This document shows positions 10,388-21,037 of a stretch of 64,000 nucleotides of DNA, piece by piece. Position 1 is the stretch's first letter. Every line of letters starts with the position of its first letter. Location: assembly GCA_051003155.1 (NCBI GenBank), contig JBPCLO010000026.1, forward strand, positions 64,001 to 128,000. Direction: 5' to 3'. The position numbers and the translations under genes are program-made. Source of the stretch: Fimbriimonadales bacterium (GTDB taxonomy: Bacteria > Armatimonadota > Fimbriimonadia > Fimbriimonadales > ATM1). The notes under the pieces were generated by a model, which was given only the letters and a program-made list of their open reading frames with translations, was not told where the DNA came from and did no database searches.

Positions 10388-10828
10388 TTGAAGAAGTCAT
10401 TCATATGGTTGGCGACATTCATTGTATCGGCTGCTGCGCTTGCCGCAGCCACTCACTTTGCGCATGGCCGCGGCGCCATTCAAGTAACCGAACACAGCAG
10501 GGGCCAGTTCTACTTCAACGTCGCGAGCAGGGGTGGATCGGTGCAAGGCAACTTAGAATATCGCGAGGCTACCGAAAACCAAACTCTTCACGTCGTTAGA
10601 TTGCCGGAAGTAACCCAGGCATACTTCGTTCAAAACGCGGTCATGTTTAGCGGCAGGGGCGAATTTGACGGCCACGGGGTCGGCGTTTTCGTTAGAGCCT
10701 TCGACGGTTCGGGCACTGAAAATCCCGACACACTTCGGATCGTTTGCCGGCGGTCCGATGGAGCTATCGCATACGAGGCTTCGGGGCGCCTTGTGGACGG
10801 TGACATAGTCATCCGTCACAATCGCTAA
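10388..10828 (+). CDS. Secreted hypothetical protein
   Basis: AGGAGG RBS and signal peptide. Confidence 0.75.
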   Translation: MKKSFIWLATFIVSAAALAAATHFAHGRGAIQVTEHSRGQFYFNVASRGGSVQGNLEYREATENQTLHVVRLPEVTQAYFVQNAVMFSGRGEFDGHGVGVFVRAFDGSGTENPDTLRIVCRRSDGAIAYEASGRLVDGDIVIRHNR

Positions 10829-10871
10829 ACAGGCACGATCGAGAGCCGCGGGCAATCAATCGCGTCTTTCC

Positions 10872-12617
10872 TCATTTCCGAAGCGCTCGGATTTCCTCCG
10901 CGAATTTTTCTTTTATCAGTTTTCGGCGCACCTTGAGAGACGGGGTCAATTCACCCGTTTCCTGCGTCCAAGGTGCCGACATTAACCGGTAACTCTTTAC
11001 CTTTTCATAGTCCGCGAGGTGCTTGTTTGCGGATTCGACCTCTCTCTTCAGAAGCTGCGCCACATCAGGATGTTCGATCATTTCCTGAAGGTGCGAACCG
11101 CCGAGGGATTTACTGTGGCAATAGTGACGCAGAGCATCGAACGCCGGCACGATCAAAGCCGAAATCCGATCTTCGCCGTCGCCTAGCACCATCGCCTCGT
11201 CGATATACAGGGAGGATTTCAAGCGGTTTTCGATCATCGCAGGGGCAACATTCTTGCCGTTAGACATCACGATAATGTCCTTTTTACGGTCCGTAATCCA
11301 AAGACGCCTACCTTCAAGGCGGCCGATGTCGCCGGTGTGAAACCATCTCTCACCGTCGATCGCCGCCGCCGTTTCCTCGGGTTTGCAATGGTAACCGACC
11401 ATGCGGCTCGGACCACGCATAAGAATCTCTCCGTCGTCCGCAATTTTTACTTCGACACCCTCTAGGACTTCCCCAACGGAATCGGGCCGGTTTCGATCCG
11501 GGTGATTGATTGAAATGACCGGAGCGGTTTCCGTCAGCCCGTAACCCTGCAATATTTTGACTCCGAATGCAGCATAGAATTCTGCGAGGTCGAGAGGCAA
11601 CGCTGCGCCTCCGCTAACCAGAAACCTCAGCCGGCCGCCGAATCTCGCTCTTATCTTGACGGCCACCATCTCATCCAAGAGTTGGCCGAAAAACCCCTGC
11701 GCTTTCAAATTGTTCTTGAGCCGCGACGATCCTCGATTCATGGCGGCGAAGAAGATCAATCGCTTGAGCGGCGGTGAGTCTTTCGCGGCCGAAATAACCT
11801 TGGACCGAACTCCCTCCAAAAAGCGCGGAACCGCCGTCACGATAGTCGGCTTGGATAGGACCAAATCGTGAGCCAGCGTCTTGAGTGATTCCGCATAGGC
11901 AACTTCGGCGCCGCACGAGATCGGGAAATAGTGACCGCCCAAGCGCTCGTATACGTGGGAAAGCGGAAGAAAGCTAAGAAACCGATCCGCCGAGTCGACC
12001 GGCAAATTCTTACGGATCGATGTGCATTGGAATGCGAACGCCTCGTGCGTGAGTTCCGCGCCCTTGGGCTCCCCGGTTGTGCCACTTGTGTAAATGATCG
12101 CCGCGAGTTCGCTCGGGTTTCTGCGGTGACACTCTTCTTCCCAGTCGCCCATCGACAAGTGTCCGGTCCCAGTCTGATCCATTAGTCTCTGCAGGCTGCC
12201 CGTCTCGATTACGACAGGAGTTACTCGAAGCATCCCATTCTTCACGGCCTCGTCGAATTTCTTCATGAGGCGTTCGTCGCCGACAAAGCACAACCTTGCA
12301 TTAGAATCCCTGAGGATATATTCTACGGTCTCGGGCATGAGCGTTGGAAAGATCGGGACGGAAATTGCGCCCAAGCTCGTGATCGCCCAATCCATGGCAG
12401 CCCACTCCGGAGAACTTTCGGCGAATATGGCGGCCGTCACGCCGGGCTTCACTCCAAGCGACCTCAGTACTGCAGCCAGTCGGTGGACGTTCGTCTTAAG
12501 TTGGTTGTAGCTAATCGAGGCGAACTTTTGGTTAATCTTGCGAGACTGCGCGGGCCGGTCGCCCCACTTCTCGCAGCTGCTTAACAGAATGCCCGGCAAG
12601 GTTAACCTATCCGTCAT
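10872..12617 (-). CDS. Long-chain fatty acid--CoA ligase (AMP-binding family)
   Basis: IYTSGTTGEPKG, QGYGLTET, WFHTGDIG and ELTPSLK motifs. Confidence 0.93.
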   Translation of the reverse strand: MTDRLTLPGILLSSCEKWGDRPAQSRKINQKFASISYNQLKTNVHRLAAVLRSLGVKPGVTAAIFAESSPEWAAMDWAITSLGAISVPIFPTLMPETVEYILRDSNARLCFVGDERLMKKFDEAVKNGMLRVTPVVIETGSLQRLMDQTGTGHLSMGDWEEECHRRNPSELAAIIYTSGTTGEPKGAELTHEAFAFQCTSIRKNLPVDSADRFLSFLPLSHVYERLGGHYFPISCGAEVAYAESLKTLAHDLVLSKPTIVTAVPRFLEGVRSKVISAAKDSPPLKRLIFFAAMNRGSSRLKNNLKAQGFFGQLLDEMVAVKIRARFGGRLRFLVSGGAALPLDLAEFYAAFGVKILQGYGLTETAPVISINHPDRNRPDSVGEVLEGVEVKIADDGEILMRGPSRMVGYHCKPEETAAAIDGERWFHTGDIGRLEGRRLWITDRKKDIIVMSNGKNVAPAMIENRLKSSLYIDEAMVLGDGEDRISALIVPAFDALRHYCHSKSLGGSHLQEMIEHPDVAQLLKREVESANKHLADYEKVKSYRLMSAPWTQETGELTPSLKVRRKLIKEKFAEEIRALRK

Positions 12618-12619
12618 GC

Positions 12620-12949
12620 CTACACAAGCTTGATCGGCGTCGGAGCCGGTTCAACATTGTCGGAGCGCTGGTAGACCGGAACCAACAACAAGACCATGCC
12701 AAGGATCACCAGCCAAATCACGAGGGCGGAGAGCGCGGTGCGAATAGTGGCCAACCCACTCAGGGCGCCGCCCTCGTGAGGCATTAGTATTTGGATAAGG
12801 ACCTCGGCGCCACACCCGCACGCGACGTGGGCCATGCCCTGCTCATCCAGGAGCGCATCGTCCACGTAAGGCGTGGCCACGGGTCGTCCGCACCGGATGC
12901 AGGCAATTTCAAACGACATCTCGCCGTTCATGGATTGATTGTACATCAC
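12620..12949 (-). CDS. Small membrane protein with Cys motifs
   Basis: CIRC and CGC motifs plus one TM helix; abuts the acyl-CoA ligase. Confidence 0.65.
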   Translation of the reverse strand: MMYNQSMNGEMSFEIACIRCGRPVATPYVDDALLDEQGMAHVACGCGAEVLIQILMPHEGGALSGLATIRTALSALVIWLVILGMVLLLVPVYQRSDNVEPAPTPIKLV

Positions 12950-12956
12950 CCACGCA

Positions 12957-12994
12957 GAAGGCGGGAGTTCCCAGAACAGGAACTCCCACCTTCA
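12957..12994. terminator. Strong hairpin downstream of the PEP-CTERM gene
   Basis: GAAGGCGGGAGTTCC / GGAACTCCCACCTTC inverted repeat. Confidence 0.5.
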
Positions 12995-13098
12995 CCAAGG
13001 GCGGAACAATCGTTCGACCTTATTCTCTGCGGCGCCTCAGCCCCATTAGGAGCGTCCAGGGCCCGTTCACAAGTAGGCCCTGGTCCGAACCTTTGAGT

Positions 13099-13731
13099 CT
13101 ACCGTCGGCGACGTCGGACGGCTAACAACGCTAACGGCGCGGCGAGCGCGAGGATGGAGGAAGGCTCAGGAATTAGGTTCTGTTCCACCAGCGACAGCGC
13201 GGCCAGGCTCGTGCTCGGCAACCCCTGATCGGCGATGTCCAGAATGAAGGCCTTCTTAACCTTGATGTCGGTGCTTGCCGTGTCCAGCGTCAGAATGTCG
13301 TGGAAGTTAATCGGACCGTTTTCACCACCCTTGTAGGCGGCGCCCAAGAACTGGCCTTCTGCAGTTCCGATCACCTCATTGCTGTTGTTCATATCCTCCA
13401 CCAGTTCGGTCCACGTGATTCGTCCCCAGTCGAAGACCGAGCCCTGAATCACCATTCCGATCTGCCCAATAGCGAACGACGAATGGGCCTCGTAGATGAT
13501 GTTAACGGTAGCGGTTGTGTGTTCCGTCGAGTCGCCAACAATAACAGGAACCTGACCGGTCAGGAAATCGATGATTTCGTTCATGCTTCCCTGTGTTGTC
13601 CACTCAATTTCCTCGAAACCTTTGGGTGTAAACGCAACCGTAGCTATAACGTTGCTGTAAACGACTTGCGCCTGGGCGGCGGCGGCTAAGACGCACGCAC
13701 ATAACACTCCGATGAACCTTGATGCTCTCAT
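13099..13731 (-). CDS. PEP-CTERM sorting-domain protein
   Basis: Signal peptide; C-terminal IPEPSS + hydrophobic helix + RRRRR. Confidence 0.92.
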   Translation of the reverse strand: MRASRFIGVLCACVLAAAAQAQVVYSNVIATVAFTPKGFEEIEWTTQGSMNEIIDFLTGQVPVIVGDSTEHTTATVNIIYEAHSSFAIGQIGMVIQGSVFDWGRITWTELVEDMNNSNEVIGTAEGQFLGAAYKGGENGPINFHDILTLDTASTDIKVKKAFILDIADQGLPSTSLAALSLVEQNLIPEPSSILALAAPLALLAVRRRRR

Positions 13732-13826
13732 ACAACTCCCCTTTTGGAGCAAAAGCCCCAGCGAATTTAGAATTCCGCTCAATCGAACGGTTGTTCTAGT
13801 ATACGGCACACAAAGTGAAAAGCTGC

Positions 13827-14600
13827 CTAGCAAATGTGCTCGCTTTTACCCGATTTGGTTAAAGACACCGTTTCGGAGCGGGCTTTGTCGATGACGTCCG
13901 CAACCCGCGGGTCATCGAATCCTACGAACTTCGACGGCCGGTCATCGAAGATAACGCTGCCCTGATGAAGAAAGACGATACGGTCTGCAACCCGTAGCGC
14001 CGAGTTCAAGTCGTGCGTGACCAGAATGCTCGTGGCTTGTAGCTTGTCGTCCACCTCTTTTATCAATCCATCGATTGCGTACGCCGTGACGGGATCCAGT
14101 CCGCTGGTCGGCTCGTCGTAAAATAGGATCTCCGGATCAGTGGCCAGAGCCCTTGCAATCCCTACCCTTTTCCGCATACCGCCGCTTAATTCGTTCGGGT
14201 AAAGCGGGCCGGTATCGGCAAGGCCCACGGTTTCGAGGCTTTTGGATACCAGCGCGAGAACTTCATCGGGCCTCAGCCTCCGCTGGCGAGCTGCCGCGAA
14301 GCTGATGTTGTCAGCTACGTTGAGGTAGTCGAACAGCGCCGCTCCCTGGAAGACGACGCCCACCTTTCTGCGGATCCCCTCGAGTTCTCGTGGCTTGCAT
14401 GAGTGGATATCTTTGTCGAACAGCTCAACGCTCCCGGAAGTGGGTTCCAAGAGGCCCGCCATGCAACGCAGAAGCGTGGTCTTTCCTCCCCCGGAGCTAC
14501 CCATGACAGCAACGGTTTCGCCTTTGGGCACGTCCAGCGATACTGCCCGAAGCACAGTATTTGTGCCAAACCTGTGCGTCAGGTCGCGGACGCGAATCAT
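13827..14600 (-). CDS. mlaF: ABC transporter ATP-binding protein, MlaF/Mkl-like
   Basis: Walker A GSSGGGKT; FQGAALFD, LSGGMRKRV and YDEPTSGLDP. Confidence 0.85.
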   Translation of the reverse strand: MIRVRDLTHRFGTNTVLRAVSLDVPKGETVAVMGSSGGGKTTLLRCMAGLLEPTSGSVELFDKDIHSCKPRELEGIRRKVGVVFQGAALFDYLNVADNISFAAARQRRLRPDEVLALVSKSLETVGLADTGPLYPNELSGGMRKRVGIARALATDPEILFYDEPTSGLDPVTAYAIDGLIKEVDDKLQATSILVTHDLNSALRVADRIVFLHQGSVIFDDRPSKFVGFDDPRVADVIDKARSETVSLTKSGKSEHIC

Positions 14601-14657
14601 TGTCTTAAGTATACTCTTGCTGAAATCCTTCGTCCTAATAGACGTTAAACCAGACGT

Positions 14658-15470
14658 ATGAAATTGAGAATCCCCCTGCTCCTTGCAATGCTGCCGCTCG
14701 CCTCTGTGGGAGCCCAGTCGCCTCTGGCCCTCAAATTTGCCAAGGGCGAGACATTACGGTATCTGTCGTCGGTAAGCGCGAGCCAGTCGGCCAAGTACCG
14801 CGGTGAAACCTTCGCGATCAAGATGTCAGGAAGCAATACGATGGTCATTAGTGTGAAATCGGTTGCGAACGGAAAGGCGCTCATGTCGGTTTCCTACACA
14901 AGCAGCCAATCAGCCGCAACGGCGACCAGCTTGCCTGAGGGGGCCAAGAAAGACAGGGTCAAAATCGAAGCCGAAGCCGCTAGGGCGATCAAAGCGACGC
15001 TTTCCGGCGGAGCGAGGTCGCAAACGGTCAGGAGCAATGGCTCATCGACCTACTCGATCCCCATGAAGGACGGCCAATCGATGACGATCCAGGACGGCGC
15101 CTTTATGATGCTCATCCTGCCCAAAGGAGCTCCGAATGTGAACACGAGATGGACCGCCAATATCAGGATGCCGATTCCTGGAGCGACCCGCGCCATGCCC
15201 GTGAAGTACAAGCTCGTCGGCACGGCGACCTACAACGGGCAGGCCGCGCGCAAGATCGTTTTTTCTACGTCCGACAGCGAATCAAAGAAGCAAGGTGACG
15301 TCGCGATGAAGGTGAGAATCGATGTGAAGGGCCACTTCCTACTTAACCCCGCTACAGGCAAGATAGTGCAAGGAGAAGTGAACCGCAGCGTTAAGACGAC
15401 GCTCACGCACGCCAAGGAAGGAACCCGCACCAGCGAACAATCTTCGGTGCAAACGTTCAAGAAAGTTTAG
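14658..15470 (+). CDS. Secreted hypothetical protein
   Basis: Signal peptide; beta-rich basic sequence. Confidence 0.75.
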   Translation: MKLRIPLLLAMLPLASVGAQSPLALKFAKGETLRYLSSVSASQSAKYRGETFAIKMSGSNTMVISVKSVANGKALMSVSYTSSQSAATATSLPEGAKKDRVKIEAEAARAIKATLSGGARSQTVRSNGSSTYSIPMKDGQSMTIQDGAFMMLILPKGAPNVNTRWTANIRMPIPGATRAMPVKYKLVGTATYNGQAARKIVFSTSDSESKKQGDVAMKVRIDVKGHFLLNPATGKIVQGEVNRSVKTTLTHAKEGTRTSEQSSVQTFKKV

Positions 15471-17380
15471 TCAGCGAATGGGTCGTCGCTCGAGTAAATG
15501 GGTGGCGTTTGCATTTTCTGGGCCGGGACACGCCTGCCTGTCTTACCGATGATACTCATGGGGTCGCTGTTTTGGGAAGCCGCTAAATCCCGGCATATTT
15601 TGATCAGACTCTCTTCCCTCTCGTTGGGATCGAGCAGAGCCAGTTGTTCGCGCACTTGTGCCTCCGATACCTTTCCACCTCCCAGCGCGACCGCTTGCTT
15701 CAAGATCCTCATTTCGATGGGCAATGACGGCGAGCAAGGATATTGGCTCATGCCATCGTTCCCGCGAAGAATCGAAGGCAGCGGAAACCGAACAAAGACC
15801 GGTTGGCTGAAGTGTGGGTGCCGGATCATCATGAGGCCGGGGTCCGCGGTGGCCAGCTTCTCGCGGACCGCCTGAGGGTACACGGTATAGATCGAATTCG
15901 CCAGTTCCTCTAACTGAATATGCCCGTACGCAGAATTAGCCGAGTTCCCCACAACCTGGGGATCGACCCTTGACCGGAACTGTTGAGCGCCGAAGAGCAC
16001 CAAGCCTAGATATCGGCCGCGAGCAGCGATGTCCCGCAGTGCGCGGACAACATAGGTCTCGTGCCCGGAACTGGGGGCGTACTTGTTCAACTCGTCGACC
16101 ACAACGATCAAACGCTTGACGCCGAGCCTGCCCTGCTCCATGCGGCTTCGCAAATCGCTGATCACTGCGGCGAAGACCAAATCCTGTGCCTCCACGTCGG
16201 ATTGCGAGAGGTCGATAACGTAGGCGGTCCGATCTTTGAACGTCTTCGGAAGAGGACTGATCGTGTCACCAGAACTCGAGATCAGGCCATGGAAGCGCAC
16301 GGAGAAATTGTCGATCCGATTCAACATCTTGCGGATAGTCGCCGGGTGGTGCGTCTTGTAATCGCCGGCGTCTGCCAAATTCAACATCGCCTGGACCGCG
16401 GCAACGAGTTCCTTCAAGTTGCTTACCTTCATTGGAGGGCTCTCATCGTTCAGTCTAAACGCGTCGCGGCCTGCTACGTCGCCCACCAGGAATTGAAGAA
16501 AAGCATCAGCCTTCACGTCCAAGTCCTCGCGATTGAGAAGCACCTCTGCGTGTTTCAAGACCTCCTTCAAACCGTAGCAAAAGCCGCGCGTGGGTTTGGA
16601 GGCCATCAGCGCGGGGTGGTTGCGCAGAGTTTGGAGTTCCGTGCGCGTTGCATCCGAGTAGGGCGCAGAGTACTCGACTTCCGCGAACGGGACTGGATTC
16701 AGCCCGCACCGCTGGTACATCCGTAGGTCCACTTCCGGCAGCGATCCCATCGGGGGAAGATCCAAGAACAACAAATCCCCACCCTTCACGTTAAACATCA
16801 CCGTGGCGACGCCTTCCTCTCCAATACCCCTGAACCTCTGGAAGATTGATTGGAGAATAAACTGTATGTAGCTGGTCTTAGCTGCCAGCCCACTCGTTCC
16901 GGTAACGTTTAAATGTCCCGCTTCCGGCCCTAAGAGGTACTCAGGATCGGCTAACACGGGCATCGGGTCGTTTCTTGCGCCATAGACTCCAACCGGAATT
17001 CCGTCTGCGAATTTGTCTGCGTTCAGGGCTGTCGTGACGTCCGCGGCTTCTGCTAGATACACGGGGCCGATACCGACAGCCGACACTGGCTCTTCGGGAA
17101 TTCGTCGAAGCACTGCGGCCTCGAAAAGACGAATTTCTGGTCGATTGGTGGGTGACTGACCTCCGGGTTCGCCTTGCGCACCCAAGAAGTCTGCAAGCGG
17201 CGCGGGCAGGTCATTGTAAGCCTTCGCCTCGGTAACGATTCCGTAGATCGCTGCGTCCTCGAGGATAACCTTGACCATCGAGCCGATTCCCAGGCCGGCT
17301 TCGCGCTTAGCCCAAAAGTTGAAAGCGTAGGCTGTGTTGGGTAGGTCCTGAGTTGCGACCACGTTTCCGACTAGAATCAT
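15467..17380 (-). CDS. HerA/FtsK-like ATPase
   Basis: HAS-barrel-like N-terminus; HLNVTGTSGLAAKTS, VVDELNKYAP and RGRYLGLVLFGAQQ. Confidence 0.85.
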   Translation of the reverse strand: MILVGNVVATQDLPNTAYAFNFWAKREAGLGIGSMVKVILEDAAIYGIVTEAKAYNDLPAPLADFLGAQGEPGGQSPTNRPEIRLFEAAVLRRIPEEPVSAVGIGPVYLAEAADVTTALNADKFADGIPVGVYGARNDPMPVLADPEYLLGPEAGHLNVTGTSGLAAKTSYIQFILQSIFQRFRGIGEEGVATVMFNVKGGDLLFLDLPPMGSLPEVDLRMYQRCGLNPVPFAEVEYSAPYSDATRTELQTLRNHPALMASKPTRGFCYGLKEVLKHAEVLLNREDLDVKADAFLQFLVGDVAGRDAFRLNDESPPMKVSNLKELVAAVQAMLNLADAGDYKTHHPATIRKMLNRIDNFSVRFHGLISSSGDTISPLPKTFKDRTAYVIDLSQSDVEAQDLVFAAVISDLRSRMEQGRLGVKRLIVVVDELNKYAPSSGHETYVVRALRDIAARGRYLGLVLFGAQQFRSRVDPQVVGNSANSAYGHIQLEELANSIYTVYPQAVREKLATADPGLMMIRHPHFSQPVFVRFPLPSILRGNDGMSQYPCSPSLPIEMRILKQAVALGGGKVSEAQVREQLALLDPNEREESLIKICRDLAASQNSDPMSIIGKTGRRVPAQKMQTPPIYSSDDPFAD

Positions 17381-17419
17381 CTATCGACATCTTAGCCAAA
17401 GGAAGCATGTGTCGCGCCC

Positions 17420-17905
17420 CTATTTCTTCCTTTTCAACCGGCCCCGAGCTTGCCTGCGCCAATTCTCGCCTACACGAAGCTCGACCAAGAAATCGAGATC
17501 CCCAATTTCCGTCAGCGACAATGTCCGTCGCAACGTCTGCGAGTTGCCCTTGACCTCCCAAGGCAAACTCACCATGACCAATTTGCTATCTACCACACGG
17601 CCGACTTCTTCTCTCGGTGAGGCGGACAGCGATGATGCCGCCCACGAGCGAAATACCTCGTCGTGGCGGTCCCACCAAAAGTGGCACATCTCATCTGCTG
17701 AAAACACTCCCGGGATGTTTACCTTGAGCGACGACTCGATGTACCTTGCACGGTGGGTTTTCCGATTTGACATTGTGATCGACGCCTTTCCCTGTTCGAC
17801 CGAAACCTCCCCACTCCATGTGCCGAGAAGAAATTTCAGATCGCCGATCGACGGTCCGGCGTATGCCCATCCAAGAAGAATTGCTGGAACAATCTTGCTC
17901 ACCAT
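17420..17905 (-). CDS. Secreted beta-barrel protein (DUF1579-like)
   Basis: Signal peptide followed by LKFLLGTWSG. Confidence 0.6.
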   Translation of the reverse strand: MVSKIVPAILLGWAYAGPSIGDLKFLLGTWSGEVSVEQGKASITMSNRKTHRARYIESSLKVNIPGVFSADEMCHFWWDRHDEVFRSWAASSLSASPREEVGRVVDSKLVMVSLPWEVKGNSQTLRRTLSLTEIGDLDFLVELRVGENWRRQARGRLKRKK

Positions 17906-18088
17906 TGGTTTTCGGACGCCGAACCGCGCCTTTCGGTTCTGACGAGGGCGGTTCGCTCCAGTAACCATTTATGGAAAAGCCGGTATTGGTGCTAGTCGAA
18001 TCCTCACCATAATAGCGTAAGATAAGTATAGTTTGTGCCCGCTGATAGGGCGCGGCTAATCTGACCCCTAAATGCAGGAGAGACAAAA

Positions 18089-18913
18089 ATGAAAAGGACA
18101 CTTATGTTATGCGCCTTTGCGGCTGTAGTCGCTACGGCGAGCGCAATCGACTTCGAAGCCCCCAAATACAACGGTTCCGCGGGTGGTACCGTGTTGACCG
18201 GCCAGAACGGCTGGTATGTTCCTCCAGTTGGTGGCGCTGACTGGAACGTATTCACGTATGCCGGCAACACTCACGGCATCGTTTCAAATCCGACCGGCGG
18301 TGATCAGTTGGCTGTTGGCGTTACCGGAGCCACACCCGCAAGAGCTCAGAGAGATCACGATTGGGCATCTGGCCCCGTCTGGACGGCCTCGTATGACATC
18401 CTTGGCATGTATGTCGGACAGCTCCCCACGGCAGATAACCTGGGCAGCTTCTCGCTTCAAGATAGTGCGACCACCAAGAGCTTCATCGCCCTCAATCGCT
18501 GGATGGATCCGACCACCGCCACGGCTTGGCAAGCAGAGTACAACGTTTATGACTCCACGGGCCTGGCACTTGCCAACCAAAGTGCAGGCGCCGAGTGGAT
18601 GAACCTAGACGTTAACAAGTGGTATCGGCAGTCGACGACCTTCTCGTTCGCGGACAACACGATATCGGAGGTCTCGATTACCGACATCGTGGCGGGTACT
18701 ACCACGACGGTCAATCCGGTCGGTTGGTATCTTCAGGGCGGCTCATCTTCGGGTCTTCCCACACCGACTGCCTTTCGATTCTTCGCGGGCGGCGCGGCAG
18801 GTAACCTCATGGGTATCGACAACATTACACTTGAGGTCGTTCCCGAACCGGCTACGGTTCTCGCACTCGGGCTTGGTGTGGCGTTACTCGCCGCTCGCCG
18901 TCGCAAGAACTAA
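18089..18913 (+). CDS. PEP-CTERM sorting-domain protein
   Basis: AGGAG RBS; signal peptide; VPEPAT + TM + RRRKN. Confidence 0.93.
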   Translation: MKRTLMLCAFAAVVATASAIDFEAPKYNGSAGGTVLTGQNGWYVPPVGGADWNVFTYAGNTHGIVSNPTGGDQLAVGVTGATPARAQRDHDWASGPVWTASYDILGMYVGQLPTADNLGSFSLQDSATTKSFIALNRWMDPTTATAWQAEYNVYDSTGLALANQSAGAEWMNLDVNKWYRQSTTFSFADNTISEVSITDIVAGTTTTVNPVGWYLQGGSSSGLPTPTAFRFFAGGAAGNLMGIDNITLEVVPEPATVLALGLGVALLAARRRKN

Positions 18914-18933
18914 ATCCACCGTTACCATAAGAT

Positions 18934-18961
18934 CAGGCCGCCGTCCTAGGCGGCCTTTTTT
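18934..18961 (+). terminator. Rho-independent terminator
   Basis: AGGCCGCC-loop-GGCGGCCT followed by a T tract. Confidence 0.85.
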
Positions 18962-19766
18962 ATGTGTAAAGCTCGGGCCGGCGCGCTTCGAAAAGGTCCA
19001 TCTCATACTCGCCTAACTTCCGCACGATCCGCTTGTCCGACGCCTTGGTGGGATCGATATTCGAGACGATGGCTCCGGTTTCCTTGCTGTCCAACGCCGC
19101 CAAAACCTCGCCGCATGGTGCGATAATTTTGCTGCGGCCGATAAACTCGAAGCCGTTCTCGGTGCCGACGCGGTTCGACGCAATCACGTAAACATGGTTC
19201 TCGATGGCACGCGCAGGGCAAAGAACGTCGCTGGCTGATTGCGCAGTTTCTGGCCAATTCGTGGGCAAACAAATGATTTCAGCGCCAGCCAACGCCATTG
19301 TTCGGGCGGGCTCGGGAAACCTAATATCGAAGCAAATCAAAATGCCGATCTTTCCCACTGGCGTGTCGAATACGGGCAGCGAATCACCACGAGCGACGAA
19401 TCGATCCAGACCTAAACAAGGTAAATGGGTCTTCCGATACATGCCGGCCAAGCCATCTGGGCCATAGAGAGCCGCGCTATTGAACAAGCGGCCACGGAAA
19501 TCCTCGGCAAAGCCCACGACAGCCCAAATGCCGACGCCCGAGGCACCCCGTTCGAGGTCTTTCATCTCTGGCGATTCCAGGGAAACTGCCGCTCCGCGCG
19601 CCTCGTCTTCCGACCCAAAACAGTAGCCCGTCACCGCCGCCTCGGGAAAAACGGCGAGTTCGACTCCCTGACCGGCGAGGATTTCGATCTGGGTGGCAAT
19701 GCGTGACGCATTGGATCCCGCATCCGCGAAATCCGGCTGGTATTGGACGGCTGCAACCCGAACCAT
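18960..19766 (-). CDS. Carbon-nitrogen hydrolase (nitrilase family)
   Basis: FPEA, YRKTHL and ICFDIRFPE (E-K-C triad). Confidence 0.93.
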   Translation of the reverse strand: MVRVAAVQYQPDFADAGSNASRIATQIEILAGQGVELAVFPEAAVTGYCFGSEDEARGAAVSLESPEMKDLERGASGVGIWAVVGFAEDFRGRLFNSAALYGPDGLAGMYRKTHLPCLGLDRFVARGDSLPVFDTPVGKIGILICFDIRFPEPARTMALAGAEIICLPTNWPETAQSASDVLCPARAIENHVYVIASNRVGTENGFEFIGRSKIIAPCGEVLAALDSKETGAIVSNIDPTKASDKRIVRKLGEYEMDLFEARRPELYT

Positions 19767-21034
19767 CAGGACACGACCCGAATCCAGTTATCCAGCGTCT
19801 CGATCATCGGAAGCCTGCGTATATCCTCGAGCGTCGCCACAAAATTTGCTTCGCGTGCCTGATGCGTTAGGAAAACGAGCTCGCTGCGCGCTCCGGGGAG
19901 CTCGTGCATCTCCAATGCCGCCAAGCTAACATCGTTATCGCCGAATGCAAGGGCGATCTGGCCAAGGGCTCTGGGCCGGTCCTCGGAGGTAACTCTCAAG
20001 TAGTAGCGACTCACACATTCTGCGATGTCCTGGATCGGCATCTCATGGAAATTCGTGCTACCGATCCGTCCGTGCGCTCCCGAATGGCGATTGCGTGCGA
20101 TCTCGATTAGGTCGCCGACAATCGCGCTAGCCGTTGCATCCTTGCCCGCGCCCGACCCGAAGAGCATGAGGTCTCCCACGAAGTCGCCTTGCAGGAGAAC
20201 CGCATTGTTGGGCCCGTCCACCTTCGAGAGCGGATTGGCAAGGGAAACCATCGCCGGATGAACCCTCGCTTCAATCTTTCCGTCTTCCTGTCGGCCAATG
20301 GCAACAGACTTGACCCGATAACCCAAAAGCTCGGCATACTCGATGTCGGTAGTTTCGATGTGCCCAATGCCCTGCCGGTAAATGTCCTCGGGACGAACCG
20401 CGCAGGCAAACGCCAGCCCGCATAGGATCGCGAGCTTGCTCTGAGCGTCGAAGTTCTCGACATCCGCTGTCGGATCAGCCTCCGCGAAACCCTTCTCTTG
20501 TGCCTCAGCGAGCACTTCGTTATAGCGAGCCCGGTCAGCGTGCATCCGTGTCAGGATGTAGTTTGTGGTGCCGTTGACGATGCCCATGACGCTCCGCACA
20601 CGATTTCCTGAGAGTTGGTTCTTGAGCGATTGAATGACCGGAATTCCGGCGCACACTGCGGCTTCGAACAAAAGATCGAGTCCTTTGTCCTCGGCGGACT
20701 TAAGCAGCTCACGCCCATGCCTCGCCATCAGTTCCTTGTTGGCAGTGACAACGTGCTTGCCCGAGTCTAGAGCGCGCGCAATGTAGGTCCATGCCGGCTC
20801 CACTCCTCCCATAACTTCCACCACGACTTCGACGTCTGGCTCAGCGAGGATGTCCTCAAAACACTTAGTGATCGATGGCGCATTGGCAGGGCGCGCCTTC
20901 TGCATGTCTTGCACAAGGCATCGGATAATCTCGATTCTGGTGCCGCATCTCGCAGAAATAATGTCGGCATTGGTGGTGAGCATGTCTACGACGCCCGACC
21001 CAACGGTTCCGAGTCCCAGCAATCCGATCTTCAA
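19766..21034 (-). CDS. hom: Homoserine dehydrogenase with ACT domain
   Basis: GLGTVG, VVTANK, NGTTNYIL and AEADPT. Confidence 0.96.
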   Translation of the reverse strand: MKIGLLGLGTVGSGVVDMLTTNADIISARCGTRIEIIRCLVQDMQKARPANAPSITKCFEDILAEPDVEVVVEVMGGVEPAWTYIARALDSGKHVVTANKELMARHGRELLKSAEDKGLDLLFEAAVCAGIPVIQSLKNQLSGNRVRSVMGIVNGTTNYILTRMHADRARYNEVLAEAQEKGFAEADPTADVENFDAQSKLAILCGLAFACAVRPEDIYRQGIGHIETTDIEYAELLGYRVKSVAIGRQEDGKIEARVHPAMVSLANPLSKVDGPNNAVLLQGDFVGDLMLFGSGAGKDATASAIVGDLIEIARNRHSGAHGRIGSTNFHEMPIQDIAECVSRYYLRVTSEDRPRALGQIALAFGDNDVSLAALEMHELPGARSELVFLTHQAREANFVATLEDIRRLPMIETLDNWIRVVS

Positions 21035-21037
21035 ACG

